A DNA stretch of 58,225 bases. Origin: a virus (Duplodnaviria; Caudoviricetes). A model generated the notes under the pieces. That model searched no databases and was not told the DNA's origin. It worked only from the letters and a program-made list of their open reading frames with translations. Of the stretch, positions 37,443 through 47,216 are shown in pieces (positions within the stretch are counted from its first letter, which is position 1; every line of letters starts with the position of its first letter). The position numbers were made by a program, and so were the translations under genes. The stretch lies in the IMG/VR virus record IMGVR_UViG_3300049811_000412, positions 1 to 58,225 of that record; one strand, given 5' to 3'.

Positions 37443-38942
37443 TCACCAGTGAGCGCGGGCCTCCCCAAACTGCCGGACGCTGTCCATCAATTCAGTGATT
37501 CCCCAAACCAGCGCATCAAGACGGTTAGGTGAACTTTGACCAACCTGCCAAGTGCAAAGCTCCCGTTCCAAATCTGGGAATACCCCGCAATGATGCACCC
37601 GCCCCTCCTGGTAAAGCTGATGAACAGGCTCTGCCCGAATCAGTTTGCCTCGGCTGGCCCGCACCTCCTTCACCCCCACCCGTGGGTCTAGGCTGCGAAT
37701 CCCGGCTTTGACCATATCACCGCCAAAGTTGGTTTCCACCACCAGGGTATCGGCGTTCAGTTCCCAGTACCGCTCCACCGCTCGACGCATCCACTCGGCA
37801 GGGGTGCCTAGGCCAGAGTCATCCTTCAGCACGTAGAAATGGCCGTCATGGGTTTTGCCCACCGCCACAATGCCCGCTTCAGTTGCACCGCCTGGGGGGT
37901 CAATGCCAATCACGATTCGGGCAAAGCGTTCGGGGGCTGTGGCGACGCGGAAGGGGTCAATGTCTCGCTCTCGGTTCCACAGGCCACCGTCGGGTGCGTC
38001 TTCGTTCTGGGCCTCCTGGAGAAACGCCATCAACTGCCAATCGTTGATCTGTCGCTCAATCACCGATAGCCCTTGCCCCTCTGGCCAGCTTGGGGTGCCC
38101 CCGGTGACGTGATAGCGGGGCATTCCATCCTCGGCAATGGTGCGCTCCCAGGTCAGGTCTTTAGCGGCGTTAACCTGCGTCCGGCTGGCCCCTAGCAACA
38201 CCTCGGCACGACCATCGGCTACCTGGGCGATCACGCTGTCTTTGTGGACTCGGTTTTGCACAAACAGCACCACCGCGTCTTGGCTGCCAGCGGGGAATAC
38301 GGCTTTGGTCAGCAGGTCAAGTTTTTTTGCCGTGGCGGCTTTGCTATCGGTGGCCTCGTCGATGTCGTCCACGATGATAAGGTCTGGGCGAAACTGGCCC
38401 AACCGCGCCCCCCGAATCCGTGCATTGAGGCCCACCCCCACGATGCCAAAACCATTGGAGGTTTGCAGGCGTTGGGCTGTCCAGTTGACCGAGGCACTGT
38501 AGGCATTGACGGCACGGGGCACGCCCATCTGTTCCAGGATGGCGGCGATGCTTTGAACGTGGAGGTTTGCCTGGTCTTGGGTGCCACAGACGTACAGGGC
38601 GAAGCGACGTTGCAGAGTGCAGGCGAGGTAAGCACAGACCTGTTCTGCCATCGTGGATTTACCTTGACCCCGGCCCCAGATCTCCACGCGGCTTTGGGCG
38701 GGCTGGCCCTGGCACAGAGTTGCTGCCCAATCCCAGACGGCATTGTGGTGAGGGCCACGGGGTATCTGTAGCCCTGGCAGTATACGAGCCAGGAAATTGG
38801 CGGGGTGTTCGGTGGGGGATGGGGTGAGGTGAGGAGGGAGGCGTTGGGCCAAGGCGTTGCCCCCGCTGGCCATGACAGCTTTGGCGACTCGGTCATTTTG
38901 ATAGCGGCTTTTTAGATAGGACAAACCTCGGTTATTGGCCAT
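37443..38942 (-). CDS. terL: Terminase large subunit
   Basis: GRGQGKST, IRG-x-R..RPDLIIVDD, GIDP, ETNFGG, NRLDAL. Confidence 0.95.
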   Translation of the reverse strand: MANNRGLSYLKSRYQNDRVAKAVMASGGNALAQRLPPHLTPSPTEHPANFLARILPGLQIPRGPHHNAVWDWAATLCQGQPAQSRVEIWGRGQGKSTMAEQVCAYLACTLQRRFALYVCGTQDQANLHVQSIAAILEQMGVPRAVNAYSASVNWTAQRLQTSNGFGIVGVGLNARIRGARLGQFRPDLIIVDDIDEATDSKAATAKKLDLLTKAVFPAGSQDAVVLFVQNRVHKDSVIAQVADGRAEVLLGASRTQVNAAKDLTWERTIAEDGMPRYHVTGGTPSWPEGQGLSVIERQINDWQLMAFLQEAQNEDAPDGGLWNRERDIDPFRVATAPERFARIVIGIDPPGGATEAGIVAVGKTHDGHFYVLKDDSGLGTPAEWMRRAVERYWELNADTLVVETNFGGDMVKAGIRSLDPRVGVKEVRASRGKLIRAEPVHQLYQEGRVHHCGVFPDLERELCTWQVGQSSPNRLDALVWGITELMDSVRQFGEARAHW

Positions 38943-39420
38943 GACCGATTTGCTTCATCAGGTCATCCACGGCCAACGCCTCGCCCCAGTTGTTCAGCCC
39001 TTTCTCAATGGCGGTATCCCCAGCCTGGAACAACCGCACGGCATCGGCTGCGGTCAGGGCTTCCTCTGGCAAATCCTTCAATCGCCGCATGGCCTTTTCC
39101 ATCATTTCCCGCCCACGGACTAACCGCTGCTTTTGGACGTTGACAAGCGCTTGGTGGTAGGCCGCAAGTTCTTCTTTGAGGTTGGCTACGTCTTTGTCGA
39201 TTTGCTCGTCGGCGGCCTCCTGTAGCTTGGCCTCGGTGCGCTGGCGGCGGCGTTCAATTTCAGCATTGAGGGCAGCGGCGAAGTCTTCGTTCTGGCACCA
39301 TCGGCTGATTGTCTTGTTGCTGCATCCGATGGACATTGCCACGTCTTTTTTGGACACGCCATCCGCCAACAATGCGATTGCACGGCTTTGTAATTCAGGT
39401 CTGGCAATGGCTTCGGGCAT
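38932..39420 (-). CDS. terS: Terminase small subunit
   Basis: N-terminal HTH (GCSNKTISRW) plus coiled coil; overlaps terL start. Confidence 0.75.
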   Translation of the reverse strand: MPEAIARPELQSRAIALLADGVSKKDVAMSIGCSNKTISRWCQNEDFAAALNAEIERRRQRTEAKLQEAADEQIDKDVANLKEELAAYHQALVNVQKQRLVRGREMMEKAMRRLKDLPEEALTAADAVRLFQAGDTAIEKGLNNWGEALAVDDLMKQIGHGQ

Positions 39421-39482
39421 TGGACATTCAAAGACAACGGCGGGACATTATGCCCTCATTATGCCCCGTAATCAGGGCTTAG

Positions 39483-40755
39483 CTATAGATGGCCCGCCAG
39501 TTCGGCCACGCCCCCGGTGAATTGTTCCCAGCGACGGCAGATAACCTCGATATAATCCGGTGACAACTCAAAACCGTAAACCGTGCGGGTGCCTTCCATC
39601 TTTTCTGCGGCGATGAGGGTTGATCCGCTGCCTAAAAATGGTTCAAAAAGAATAGATGCCGAATGAGTTGAATTTATCAACATGGCTTCAATCAACTCAA
39701 GAGGCTTCATCGTCGGATGCTCACCATTGCGGGAAGGCTTGTCAACTTCAAAAACAGAATCCTGGCTGTTGTCCCCATGCCAGTTATCACCGCCCCGTCC
39801 TCTTCGCCCCTCCCCTCCGTTGGTATAGCCAAACAATATCGGTTCGTGCCTGTAGTGATAGTCGCTTCTTCCCAATGCAAACGTGTTTTTCACCCAAACA
39901 AGCTGCTGCCTTAGCGAAAAATGTTCAACAAAAGCATTGACAAAGACCTGCTGTAGCGCACCCGCCGGGTGCGCTACATAGACCGCGCTTCCTGGCTTCA
40001 ACGCAAGGTCAACAGCTTTGAATGCGGCGGCAATAAAAGCTGGTAAGTCTTTTGCCCCATCATTTTCAATCGTCAATGCGTCAGCAGTCTTGCCCACATA
40101 CGACACCCCATAAGGAGGGTCTGTCCAGCAGCAGTCTGCTAATGCCCCCCCCCAGCAGCTTCCTAACATTCTCCTCATCGGTGCTATCCCCGCAGACGAT
40201 GCGGTGCCGCCCTAGCTTGATGATGTCGCCCAGCTTAAACCGGGGTTCTATCTTGCCCTGCTCGGCATCCTCTATCAGATCTGCGGCGGTTTCCTCGTCT
40301 TCTTCTTCGCTGGGTGAATCCCAGTCGCTAAGCTCTACATCCCACCCCGCTATTTCCTCCTCGGTGAACCAGTCGCTTAGCTCAATGTCCTGGGCAAGGT
40401 CTTGGAGAACGTCGGTATCCCAGGCTAGGCCCAATTCCCCCGCTCGGTTATCGGCAATGGCAAGCTCTTTGGCCTTGGCATCGGTGGCTAGGTCAAGGTC
40501 AGTCCGTTGCACCACTACCAACTTCGTGCCATCGGTCGGAACAATGATGGCATCTTCAAGGCCCATCTCATAGGCGGCTTCAGTCGTCTTATTTCCGGCA
40601 ATCAGGACTCCATGCTTATCCACCAAAACGCTACGGCCCGCCCCTAGCTTTTCTAGGGAGTGACGCACCATGTACGCCCCTCGTTCGGTACCCTTGTTGG
40701 CATTCTCTGGGTCGGGCACAAGCTCTGATAATTTGGCATTGCGGATCTCAACCAT
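39483..40755 (-). pseudogene. ParB-like plus N4/N6 DNA methyltransferase, frameshifted at a G9 run (40145-40153)
   Basis: 5' ORF IADNR, HRIVCGDS; 3' ORF TDPPY, HPTMKP, EPFLGSGST; G8 would fuse them. Confidence 0.85.
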
Positions 40756-40797
40756 CTAAATACAATTCCCTAAAAACAACTTGCCCCTTCCACCACT

Positions 40798-40980
40798 TTA
40801 ATGCGCCCTCGCCTGGGTCGGGTCGAAGCTAACCGTGCATTGGGCCAGAGGAATTTGAAACCACTCCCCGGTAGATAGCTCATTCCCCGCCAGGATCTCG
40901 CCCTGGGTAACAACGTTTGCAACAAAAGCGTACCAAGAGTCCTCCCATTGAAGGGTCACTATCGCCAGCCTAGGAATCAA
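40798..40980 (-). CDS. Hypothetical protein
   Basis: Overlap-coupled ORF. Confidence 0.45.
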   Translation of the reverse strand: MIPRLAIVTLQWEDSWYAFVANVVTQGEILAGNELSTGEWFQIPLAQCTVSFDPTQARAH

Positions 40981-41213
40981 TTGTTGACCTCACTACGAAA
41001 CGCATCAATAGCCAGCCCATGGTCTCCCTCCAGTTGGCATCGCTCACCTTTGGTTAGCCGCATCCACACCCGCTGCATATCGGCGGAGGCCAGCAACAGC
41101 ACTAGGGCATGGGGTTGTTGCTCGTTGATCAGTAGCAACGCTATCGCCGCAGCCGTGGCGTCAATCGTTTTGGTGGCCTCGTCCCGATTGTCGGAGATGT
41201 GATGGGTCATCAT
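40977..41213 (-). CDS. Hypothetical protein
   Basis: Overlap-coupled ORF. Confidence 0.5.
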   Translation of the reverse strand: MMTHHISDNRDEATKTIDATAAAIALLLINEQQPHALVLLLASADMQRVWMRLTKGERCQLEGDHGLAIDAFRSEVNN

Positions 41214-41388
41214 TGCCCCTTAGCATTTGCACGGCAAGGTCAGTCAGGCGGTTGTAGCATTGGCCATCCTCAACAACCGGGGTCAGCCATAGGTTCCCCT
41301 TGGCCTGGGTGTACCGCAGGCAGGAAGACCGATAGGGGCAAGGTTCGTCTTCAGGGAAGTAGCCAAGGCAGCGGGCGCGTAGGGTCAT
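41161..41388 (-). CDS. Small Cys-rich protein
   Basis: C..CP-x-R-x-x-C-x-RY..C pattern; ATGA overlap. Confidence 0.5.
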   Translation of the reverse strand: MTLRARCLGYFPEDEPCPYRSSCLRYTQAKGNLWLTPVVEDGQCYNRLTDLAVQMLRGNDDPSHLRQSGRGHQND

Positions 41389-41990
41389 TGGTGCTTAATC
41401 CACTCAATTGCCAACACCACTACGCTACCCACGCTAGCCAGAAACAACCACCACAGCCAGTTTGCCGTCGTCTTTGGCCCCGTCAGCACCAATGCAGCAA
41501 TGTCCCACACACTAACGGCCTTGGGCTGCTCTGGGGCTGGGACGGGGGGCTTGATATCGGTAGGGGTCAACTGCTTGCCCTCGGCATTGTCAGTATCGCC
41601 ACCCTGGGCGGTGAAGTGGCCATCAAAACTGAACTGGAGATGGGACTGGCCGATCATGATTTTGTCGTCCTCCTCAATCACAATCCACGGGCTAGGGTGC
41701 CCTCGCTTGCCCACCAAGATGCCCGCCTGGTACGTGCCATTGGTGGAGCCACAGTCTTGCAGCATCCACAGCGTTTTGGGTGTGCCGTCGGAAAGGGTGT
41801 TGTTCGGGCCATCCATGGGCGCAGCGCGGATCACCAAGTGGTGAGCACTTACCCAAGTATCGGCAATCCGAACGGCACAATCCGAGACACGACCTACCAC
41901 CCAGTGCTGAGGGCGGGTCGGGTCGTCCATCTTCAGCACCGTGGTTTTGTCGTTCTCAACAATGCGGATCACCAGTTGGGGCGGGGACAC
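41385..41990 (-). CDS. FHA-domain protein with C-terminal TM anchor
   Basis: GR..VS-x-x-H..D-x-GSTNGT FHA signature; hydrophobic C-terminus. Confidence 0.85.
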   Translation of the reverse strand: MSPPQLVIRIVENDKTTVLKMDDPTRPQHWVVGRVSDCAVRIADTWVSAHHLVIRAAPMDGPNNTLSDGTPKTLWMLQDCGSTNGTYQAGILVGKRGHPSPWIVIEEDDKIMIGQSHLQFSFDGHFTAQGGDTDNAEGKQLTPTDIKPPVPAPEQPKAVSVWDIAALVLTGPKTTANWLWWLFLASVGSVVVLAIEWIKHQ

Positions 41991-41998
41991 GGGGATAG

Positions 41999-42391
41999 CT
42001 ATAGCGACCTTAATTGTAGTTGCTGGGGGTCAGAATCCTCAGGGTGCAACGTTGCAGAGCCAGCGCCCAAAACGTTGTAAGTCTGCCGGATCGATAGCCG
42101 ATGCCTTCGCGCCAACTGTGGCACCGACATTCCCGCCGCTCGATCCGCACGGATGGCCTGATCACGGAACTCTCGCGCCAACTGCCGACTGAGAGGAAGC
42201 ACCAACCGCAATCCCCCAAACCGCTCACACAATGCCCTAGCCGCGTCCTCTCCCAGTAGGTCGGCCAGGGGATGGCCATAGGGGGTTTTTGGGACATAGA
42301 GAATCCCGCCCCCGTGGCGTTCAATCAGGATGCGGGTAGCATCATCGCCAATGGTTTGGCGTAGTTCGGCGGTCAGTGTCCCCTTCGGCAT
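41999..42391 (-). CDS. Mor/C-family transcription activator
   Basis: GGGILYVP, FGG, RDQAIRA..G-x-SV-x-x-LARRH-x-LS-x-R. Confidence 0.85.
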   Translation of the reverse strand: MPKGTLTAELRQTIGDDATRILIERHGGGILYVPKTPYGHPLADLLGEDAARALCERFGGLRLVLPLSRQLAREFRDQAIRADRAAGMSVPQLARRHRLSIRQTYNVLGAGSATLHPEDSDPQQLQLRSL

Positions 42392-42495
42392 GATCAGGCT
42401 TTTGTTGGTGCCTCTAGGCTATCGCACAGCACTACCGAGTGGCACCGCCTTAAGCCAAGCATCGGCCTCTGGGGGCCATAGGGGAGCACGGGCCA

Positions 42496-42768
42496 TCAGC
42501 GCACCTCCTGCGGGGCTGTAGCGCGCTCCAAGGCCAAGGACGACAGATTCTCCCTGAGTGACTGTGCAACGGCCCCTGCGGGCGGCAGGGCGTCACTGAG
42601 GGCACGTAACGCCTTGGGGTCGAGGTGGCGTAGGGCGACGGCCCAAACTTGCTGGCAAGCGGCGGGATCTAGATGGTACAAAGCGGTGGCCCATAGATGC
42701 TGTCCTACGGCAGGGTCAATGTGACCTAAGTGGGCAAGCTGGGCACTGAGGTGGATGGGGTTGGTCAT
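42496..42768 (-). CDS. Hypothetical protein, paralogue of 48839-49063
   Basis: Shared AHLGH-x-DP..LWATAL..GAVAQSLR..LSSLA-x-ERAT. Confidence 0.7.
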   Translation of the reverse strand: MTNPIHLSAQLAHLGHIDPAVGQHLWATALYHLDPAACQQVWAVALRHLDPKALRALSDALPPAGAVAQSLRENLSSLALERATAPQEVR

Positions 42769-42770
42769 GG

Positions 42771-43109
42771 TTAGCCTCTGATTTGAATGACTTGCAGATT
42801 TTCGCGGTCGCCAATGGCAGCAACAGAACTTAGCCCGGTGTGACAGCGATGCCCGGTCGGGTCGAACATATCCACCCAAAAGGCAGGGGGTAGTTCGCTG
42901 GCCAGTTCTAGCAGGGGTGCTAGCCATGCCTCGCTAAAGCGCTGGGTAAGCCACTGACGAGCGGCGGGTTGGTCGGGGTAGTCGAGTAGGGCGGTGATGG
43001 CTTGCACGGCGGCAAGGGCATCTCCAGCGGTGTTGATGTTGGCAACAGGAATAGAAGCATAGGGGCCGTCTGCGGTGCGAACGATGAGTGTCCAGGGTAG
43101 GGCAAACAT
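42771..43109 (-). CDS. Hypothetical protein
   Basis: Coupled ORF. Confidence 0.6.
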   Translation of the reverse strand: MFALPWTLIVRTADGPYASIPVANINTAGDALAAVQAITALLDYPDQPAARQWLTQRFSEAWLAPLLELASELPPAFWVDMFDPTGHRCHTGLSSVAAIGDRENLQVIQIRG

Positions 43110-43591
43110 TAGGCAGCAATCTCCAAAACACGTTGAACAGATGGACGGGACAACACAGCACAGGCGCTTAGGGGTAAAGCATGGGAGCCTGAGAACTTAG
43201 CCCCGGTGACGGTGGCGAGTTCAGCTTTGATCGACTGAATCGTGAACTTGCCATAGAGCCAGGAGGAAGGATTGTTGTAGGCTTTGAACGCCTTTTCGAT
43301 CCGCTTTATGGCGTGTTCATCCTCGGCGGCTTTGGCATCCTCCCAATGGCAGGTGAGCCAGCGCTGATAGATCGCAGGGACTCCGGTGCAGAGGTCGCCC
43401 ACGGTAGGCCACCAATGGCAAGCCTCAACCATCTCTAGAGTTTCGCCCCCGTCTGGGGCTTGGAGGCGTAGCAGGACTTGGCCGTATTCGTTGCGGGTGC
43501 GGCGGAGGACTAGCAGCGGTTCGCCATAGGTGAGGCATACCGTATCGCCAGCCTTGGGTAGGGCGTCGGGGGGGTAGGTGGAGAAAAGCAT
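43109..43591 (-). CDS. Hypothetical protein
   Basis: Start chosen after CCAACAAAAGACA leader at 43598-43610. Confidence 0.6.
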   Translation of the reverse strand: MLFSTYPPDALPKAGDTVCLTYGEPLLVLRRTRNEYGQVLLRLQAPDGGETLEMVEACHWWPTVGDLCTGVPAIYQRWLTCHWEDAKAAEDEHAIKRIEKAFKAYNNPSSWLYGKFTIQSIKAELATVTGAKFSGSHALPLSACAVLSRPSVQRVLEIAA

Positions 43592-43617
43592 GGTTACTGT
43601 CTTTTGTTGGTTGGTAT

Positions 43618-44139
43618 TCAAAACTCCTCACACTGCGCGAGGGCATTTTCTAATCCCCCATGCAGCGCAATCCATTCCGCCACACTCTGGGGCGGCGAGG
43701 TATGCCCCCGTGCCCTGCGGCGCTGTTCCGCCCAGCCCCGTTCTCGCTGGGCAACCTTGGCCTTCCATGAGTTCATCCAGTCGAAAAACTCCCAGGCATT
43801 CATGGGGGGTAAACCCAAATCCCTGAATGCCTGATTGAACGACCTCCAGATATTCCGCTCTGGCAGGGTGAGGTTATCCAGGGCAAAACCTTTCTCTTCA
43901 GAGATGTAGATTTTTTTACCCCTACCCCGTTCCTCCACATGGCGGTTGTAAGTCTCTACCACCTGTTGATGGGTGCTGGCCTTGCGGCTGGCCTTAGCGG
44001 CCTCATATTGGCGCTGTAGCTCGTGGAACGCCCAGGCTTCCCCGCCTGCATCCGGGTGCAAGATAGCGTCGTAACCCCGATAGGTGGCCTTGACTTCCGC
44101 CACCGTATTGCATTGAGAAAATAAGGTTAGATCCTTCAT
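43618..44139 (-). CDS. J-domain-like protein
   Basis: EVKATYR..LHPDAGG..FHELQRQYE. Confidence 0.7.
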   Translation of the reverse strand: MKDLTLFSQCNTVAEVKATYRGYDAILHPDAGGEAWAFHELQRQYEAAKASRKASTHQQVVETYNRHVEERGRGKKIYISEEKGFALDNLTLPERNIWRSFNQAFRDLGLPPMNAWEFFDWMNSWKAKVAQRERGWAEQRRRARGHTSPPQSVAEWIALHGGLENALAQCEEF

Positions 44140-44141
44140 TT

Positions 44142-46802
44142 CTAAAACTCCTCAAACCCAAAATCTTCCTCTGGCCGATCCGGGGTTATCGCCGAATAGT
44201 CCGGGGGCGCTTCGGGGTGGTGGCCATTGGAGGAATCCCCAGTGATAGGGATTGAGTCAGTAAAACTAAAATCTTGCCCCAAATCCTCAGAACCCTTATT
44301 CCTCGTGTCTTTTAGGGTTGTGTCAGTGATTGAGTCAGATTCAGTCAGAGGGTCACTGACCATTCGTAACCCTTGGTGTTCAAGGGTTTGAGTCGATTCA
44401 GTCAATGAGTCAGTGGAATTTGAGCAATGATTTTTATCAGCGTAGTAGGTCACTCGTTTGTGACCCTTGGGGCCGATGGTTTCCTGAAGCTCACCCCAGC
44501 CGTTGTCTGCCAGCTCCTGGAACAGCTTTAGGCAGAAAGCGGCGGGCTTCATGCCTTCGGCCCGTGCCAGCTTGTCCACGCGGCTCCCAGCGGCTCCTCG
44601 GGCAATATCCCTGGGGGTGATGCCGTCGCCCGTGCAGCAAGCGGCCTCTTGAATTTTGGCCAGTACGCCTTCTAGGCCATCGGTGGCGGTGGCCCCCATT
44701 AGGTAATAGAAATGGCGTTGGTAGTGCTGGGCCATGTGGTAGGCCCGTGCCAGTGTGTCAGCGGTGAGGGTCTGGGGTGCCTTGGTGCGGTCGTAGTAGC
44801 ATTCCAGGGCATGAACCGCCATGGCGAGGCGTAGGGTGTGCCCTGGTAGCTTCAGGAGCCACGGTTGAGCATTGCGGGTCGGCGCGGTTTGGTTCTTGAA
44901 GGTTTCTGCCACCTCGGTAAACAGATCGTCGGCGGCGTCAGTGGGGAGGATAGTACCCCAGTCTGTGGAGTCGACGAACTGGTAAACCTTGGTGAGTTCG
45001 GCGGGTAGCAGGGAAGCACCCTTAAACCGCTTGTAGGGAATCTCAGAGAGTACAACGCAAAGGAACCGCCCCAGGTGCCCTTGGGCATCCTCCGAAGTTT
45101 CAAAGGTCTTGGAGAAGATGCCCGGTTGAATGCCCCCGGCTAGGGATAGGCGGGTCGCCTCAACGGCGAAGGACTTGTCTTCATCAGCCCGATCCACCAG
45201 CAGCCCTTTGCCGCCCCAGGTTTCTAGGAGCATTTCGGGGCCGTCACCTTTCCCGTTGCTGTATTGAGTCAGTCCTTTGACAAACCCGGCAAACTCGTCA
45301 CGGTAGGCCAGCACCCCATTGTTCTCTTGGTCTGAGAGGCGCTTAACAATCCCCTCCGGGGTGGACTGACTGATTAGGTAGCGGCGGCATTTGGGTTTAG
45401 GGTCAGGGCGCACATCGTCGGATTTGTCTTTGGCCTTGGCCCGTTCCTGTTCGGCCCAGTCCTCTACTCGGAGCTTCCAGTTTTCAAACTCTCGTAGGTT
45501 CCACTTTTCCAGGGGGGACAGTACCAGGTCGAGCGCCCTGGATTTCCCAGCACCAGACTGCCCAATCAACAACGACCAGGCGACATTGGGTTCTTTCCAA
45601 CCGCTCATGTCTAGCCAGGTATCCCGCCCCATTAGCGACAGGGTAGCGGGCAGTAGGTAAGCCCAGATTGCCATGGGGTCAATGCAGTTGCGGGCCGCAT
45701 CGGTGCGGGCCATCTTGGCAAGGCGTTCTGGCAGCCACAGGAAGGGATCAAAGCTGCCGGGGGTAGTCATGGCCCTGGCAAACCGCGCCCATTCTTGGTC
45801 GGTGATCAGGTTCTCTTCAGGGTTATTTTCTGAAATATCCCCCTTAGAAGTCACTGACTGATTGACTGAATCACTAGAACCCTTGCTGTGCTTGGGTTTG
45901 GTTCTGTCAGAGGGGGTCTGACTGCTTGTGACTGAATCCCTGACTGAATGCCAGCCGTGCTTTTTAGCGAGGTGGCCCAACGTCCCCATGCCACGCCCAG
46001 AACGCTTAAAAGACTTCCACTTCAGGGCGCAAGCATTGGGGTCGTAGTTGGTGGCCCCTTGGCTCCAGTCCTCCCAGTCCTCCAATAGATCGGGGCTGGC
46101 ACTGTGCAGGGCCATGCCAATGTGAAGCCAGGTGTCGTAATCCTCGGTTGGCGGAATGGCGGCTAGATATTCCCGCGCCCAGTCGGCATCTGTTTTGGGG
46201 GCTGCGGTGGGTCGACTGGGTTTCTTCGGGGGTGCTGGCATTGGGTCTGGTGCGGCTCCCAACATCTGCTCAATCATCCACAGTGGGGCGGCGGTGATAG
46301 CGTCAGCGTCGTAAAGCCACTGATACCCTGATGTGGTTGGGTGCGCCCCCATCACAATGCTTTGGCATCCATCCCAGCGAAACTCTAGTTGCTCTGGTTT
46401 GCCGTCATCGCCCTTTTCCCCTGTTGGGATCTTGTGGGTTGCGATGTCGCCCCAAAACATTTCAGGGACACGATAGACGTACTGGGCACGACCTGGGCGA
46501 CCACTGGAAATGACCAACGTCTGAGGCAAGGCATCCTCCACCGCCTCGCCCGATAGCCGCCCTACCAGTGCCGTGCAGCTAGGGCCATCGTGGTCAAGGA
46601 ACAATAGCCCACCCGATGGAGTGCCACAGAGAACACCAACGGCATGGCAACGTCCGGCGTTGATTTCGGCTTGGATCTGTGCAGCCGTTCGAGGATTCTT
46701 TTGCCACTGCTTTTGATAGGGTTGCTTGCGATTCCCGCAAGCAACCAACCCCCAATGAGAGGGCAGTAGATTGAGATTGATAATTCCAGGTTGGAGGTTC
46801 AT
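44142..46802 (-). CDS. Prim-Pol plus PriCT-2 plus DUF3987-type P-loop replication protein
   Basis: GVLCG..LDHD AEP core; YDTWLHIGMAL PriCT-2; GQSGAGKS, TPEG, RDE, GGIQP. Confidence 0.88.
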   Translation of the reverse strand: MNLQPGIINLNLLPSHWGLVACGNRKQPYQKQWQKNPRTAAQIQAEINAGRCHAVGVLCGTPSGGLLFLDHDGPSCTALVGRLSGEAVEDALPQTLVISSGRPGRAQYVYRVPEMFWGDIATHKIPTGEKGDDGKPEQLEFRWDGCQSIVMGAHPTTSGYQWLYDADAITAAPLWMIEQMLGAAPDPMPAPPKKPSRPTAAPKTDADWAREYLAAIPPTEDYDTWLHIGMALHSASPDLLEDWEDWSQGATNYDPNACALKWKSFKRSGRGMGTLGHLAKKHGWHSVRDSVTSSQTPSDRTKPKHSKGSSDSVNQSVTSKGDISENNPEENLITDQEWARFARAMTTPGSFDPFLWLPERLAKMARTDAARNCIDPMAIWAYLLPATLSLMGRDTWLDMSGWKEPNVAWSLLIGQSGAGKSRALDLVLSPLEKWNLREFENWKLRVEDWAEQERAKAKDKSDDVRPDPKPKCRRYLISQSTPEGIVKRLSDQENNGVLAYRDEFAGFVKGLTQYSNGKGDGPEMLLETWGGKGLLVDRADEDKSFAVEATRLSLAGGIQPGIFSKTFETSEDAQGHLGRFLCVVLSEIPYKRFKGASLLPAELTKVYQFVDSTDWGTILPTDAADDLFTEVAETFKNQTAPTRNAQPWLLKLPGHTLRLAMAVHALECYYDRTKAPQTLTADTLARAYHMAQHYQRHFYYLMGATATDGLEGVLAKIQEAACCTGDGITPRDIARGAAGSRVDKLARAEGMKPAAFCLKLFQELADNGWGELQETIGPKGHKRVTYYADKNHCSNSTDSLTESTQTLEHQGLRMVSDPLTESDSITDTTLKDTRNKGSEDLGQDFSFTDSIPITGDSSNGHHPEAPPDYSAITPDRPEEDFGFEEF

Positions 46803-47032
46803 GCCACACCCCCTTGAAACGCTGGGGATGCTGCCACAAACCATAGGCACACTGGCCTGAAATGCAGTAAAATATTCATAATTTCCTTGTTACGAAATTG
46901 TCTTTTGCTGGGTTTGCTGACTGGTAATCAGCGTCCTCTAATTCTACCCTGCTACTCTGTCTGGTTCCCCCCTTGGCTCATCACCGAGGGGGGTATTTTT
47001 TTACCAAAAACCTGGGTCTAAAGCCCCGTCCT

Positions 47033-47173
47033 TCAGGACGGCTTTTCTTCTTGCAACCGATCTATCCAGTCCTCCACAAGCTGGGTCATCGTTTTTTCTC
47101 TCTGTTCAGCAACGCGCCTAAGTTTTTCTAACCTAGTGCCGGACACCCTTAGATTAAGCCTTTCTTTTGCCAT
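47033..47173 (-). CDS. 46-aa ribbon-helix-helix protein inside IS#4
   Basis: MAKERLNLRVSGTRLEKLRRVAEQREKTMTQLVEDWIDRL. Confidence 0.75.
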   Translation of the reverse strand: MAKERLNLRVSGTRLEKLRRVAEQREKTMTQLVEDWIDRLQEEKPS

Positions 47174-47216
47174 TGTGCCTACACATTGTCTACCCATTCA
47201 TGTTATCATGGATGAC

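Noticed and set aside
41199-42080. 293-aa plus-strand ORF and similar antisense ORFs over tape measure, terminase and tnpB
   Set aside because: Shadow frames of well-supported opposite-strand genes
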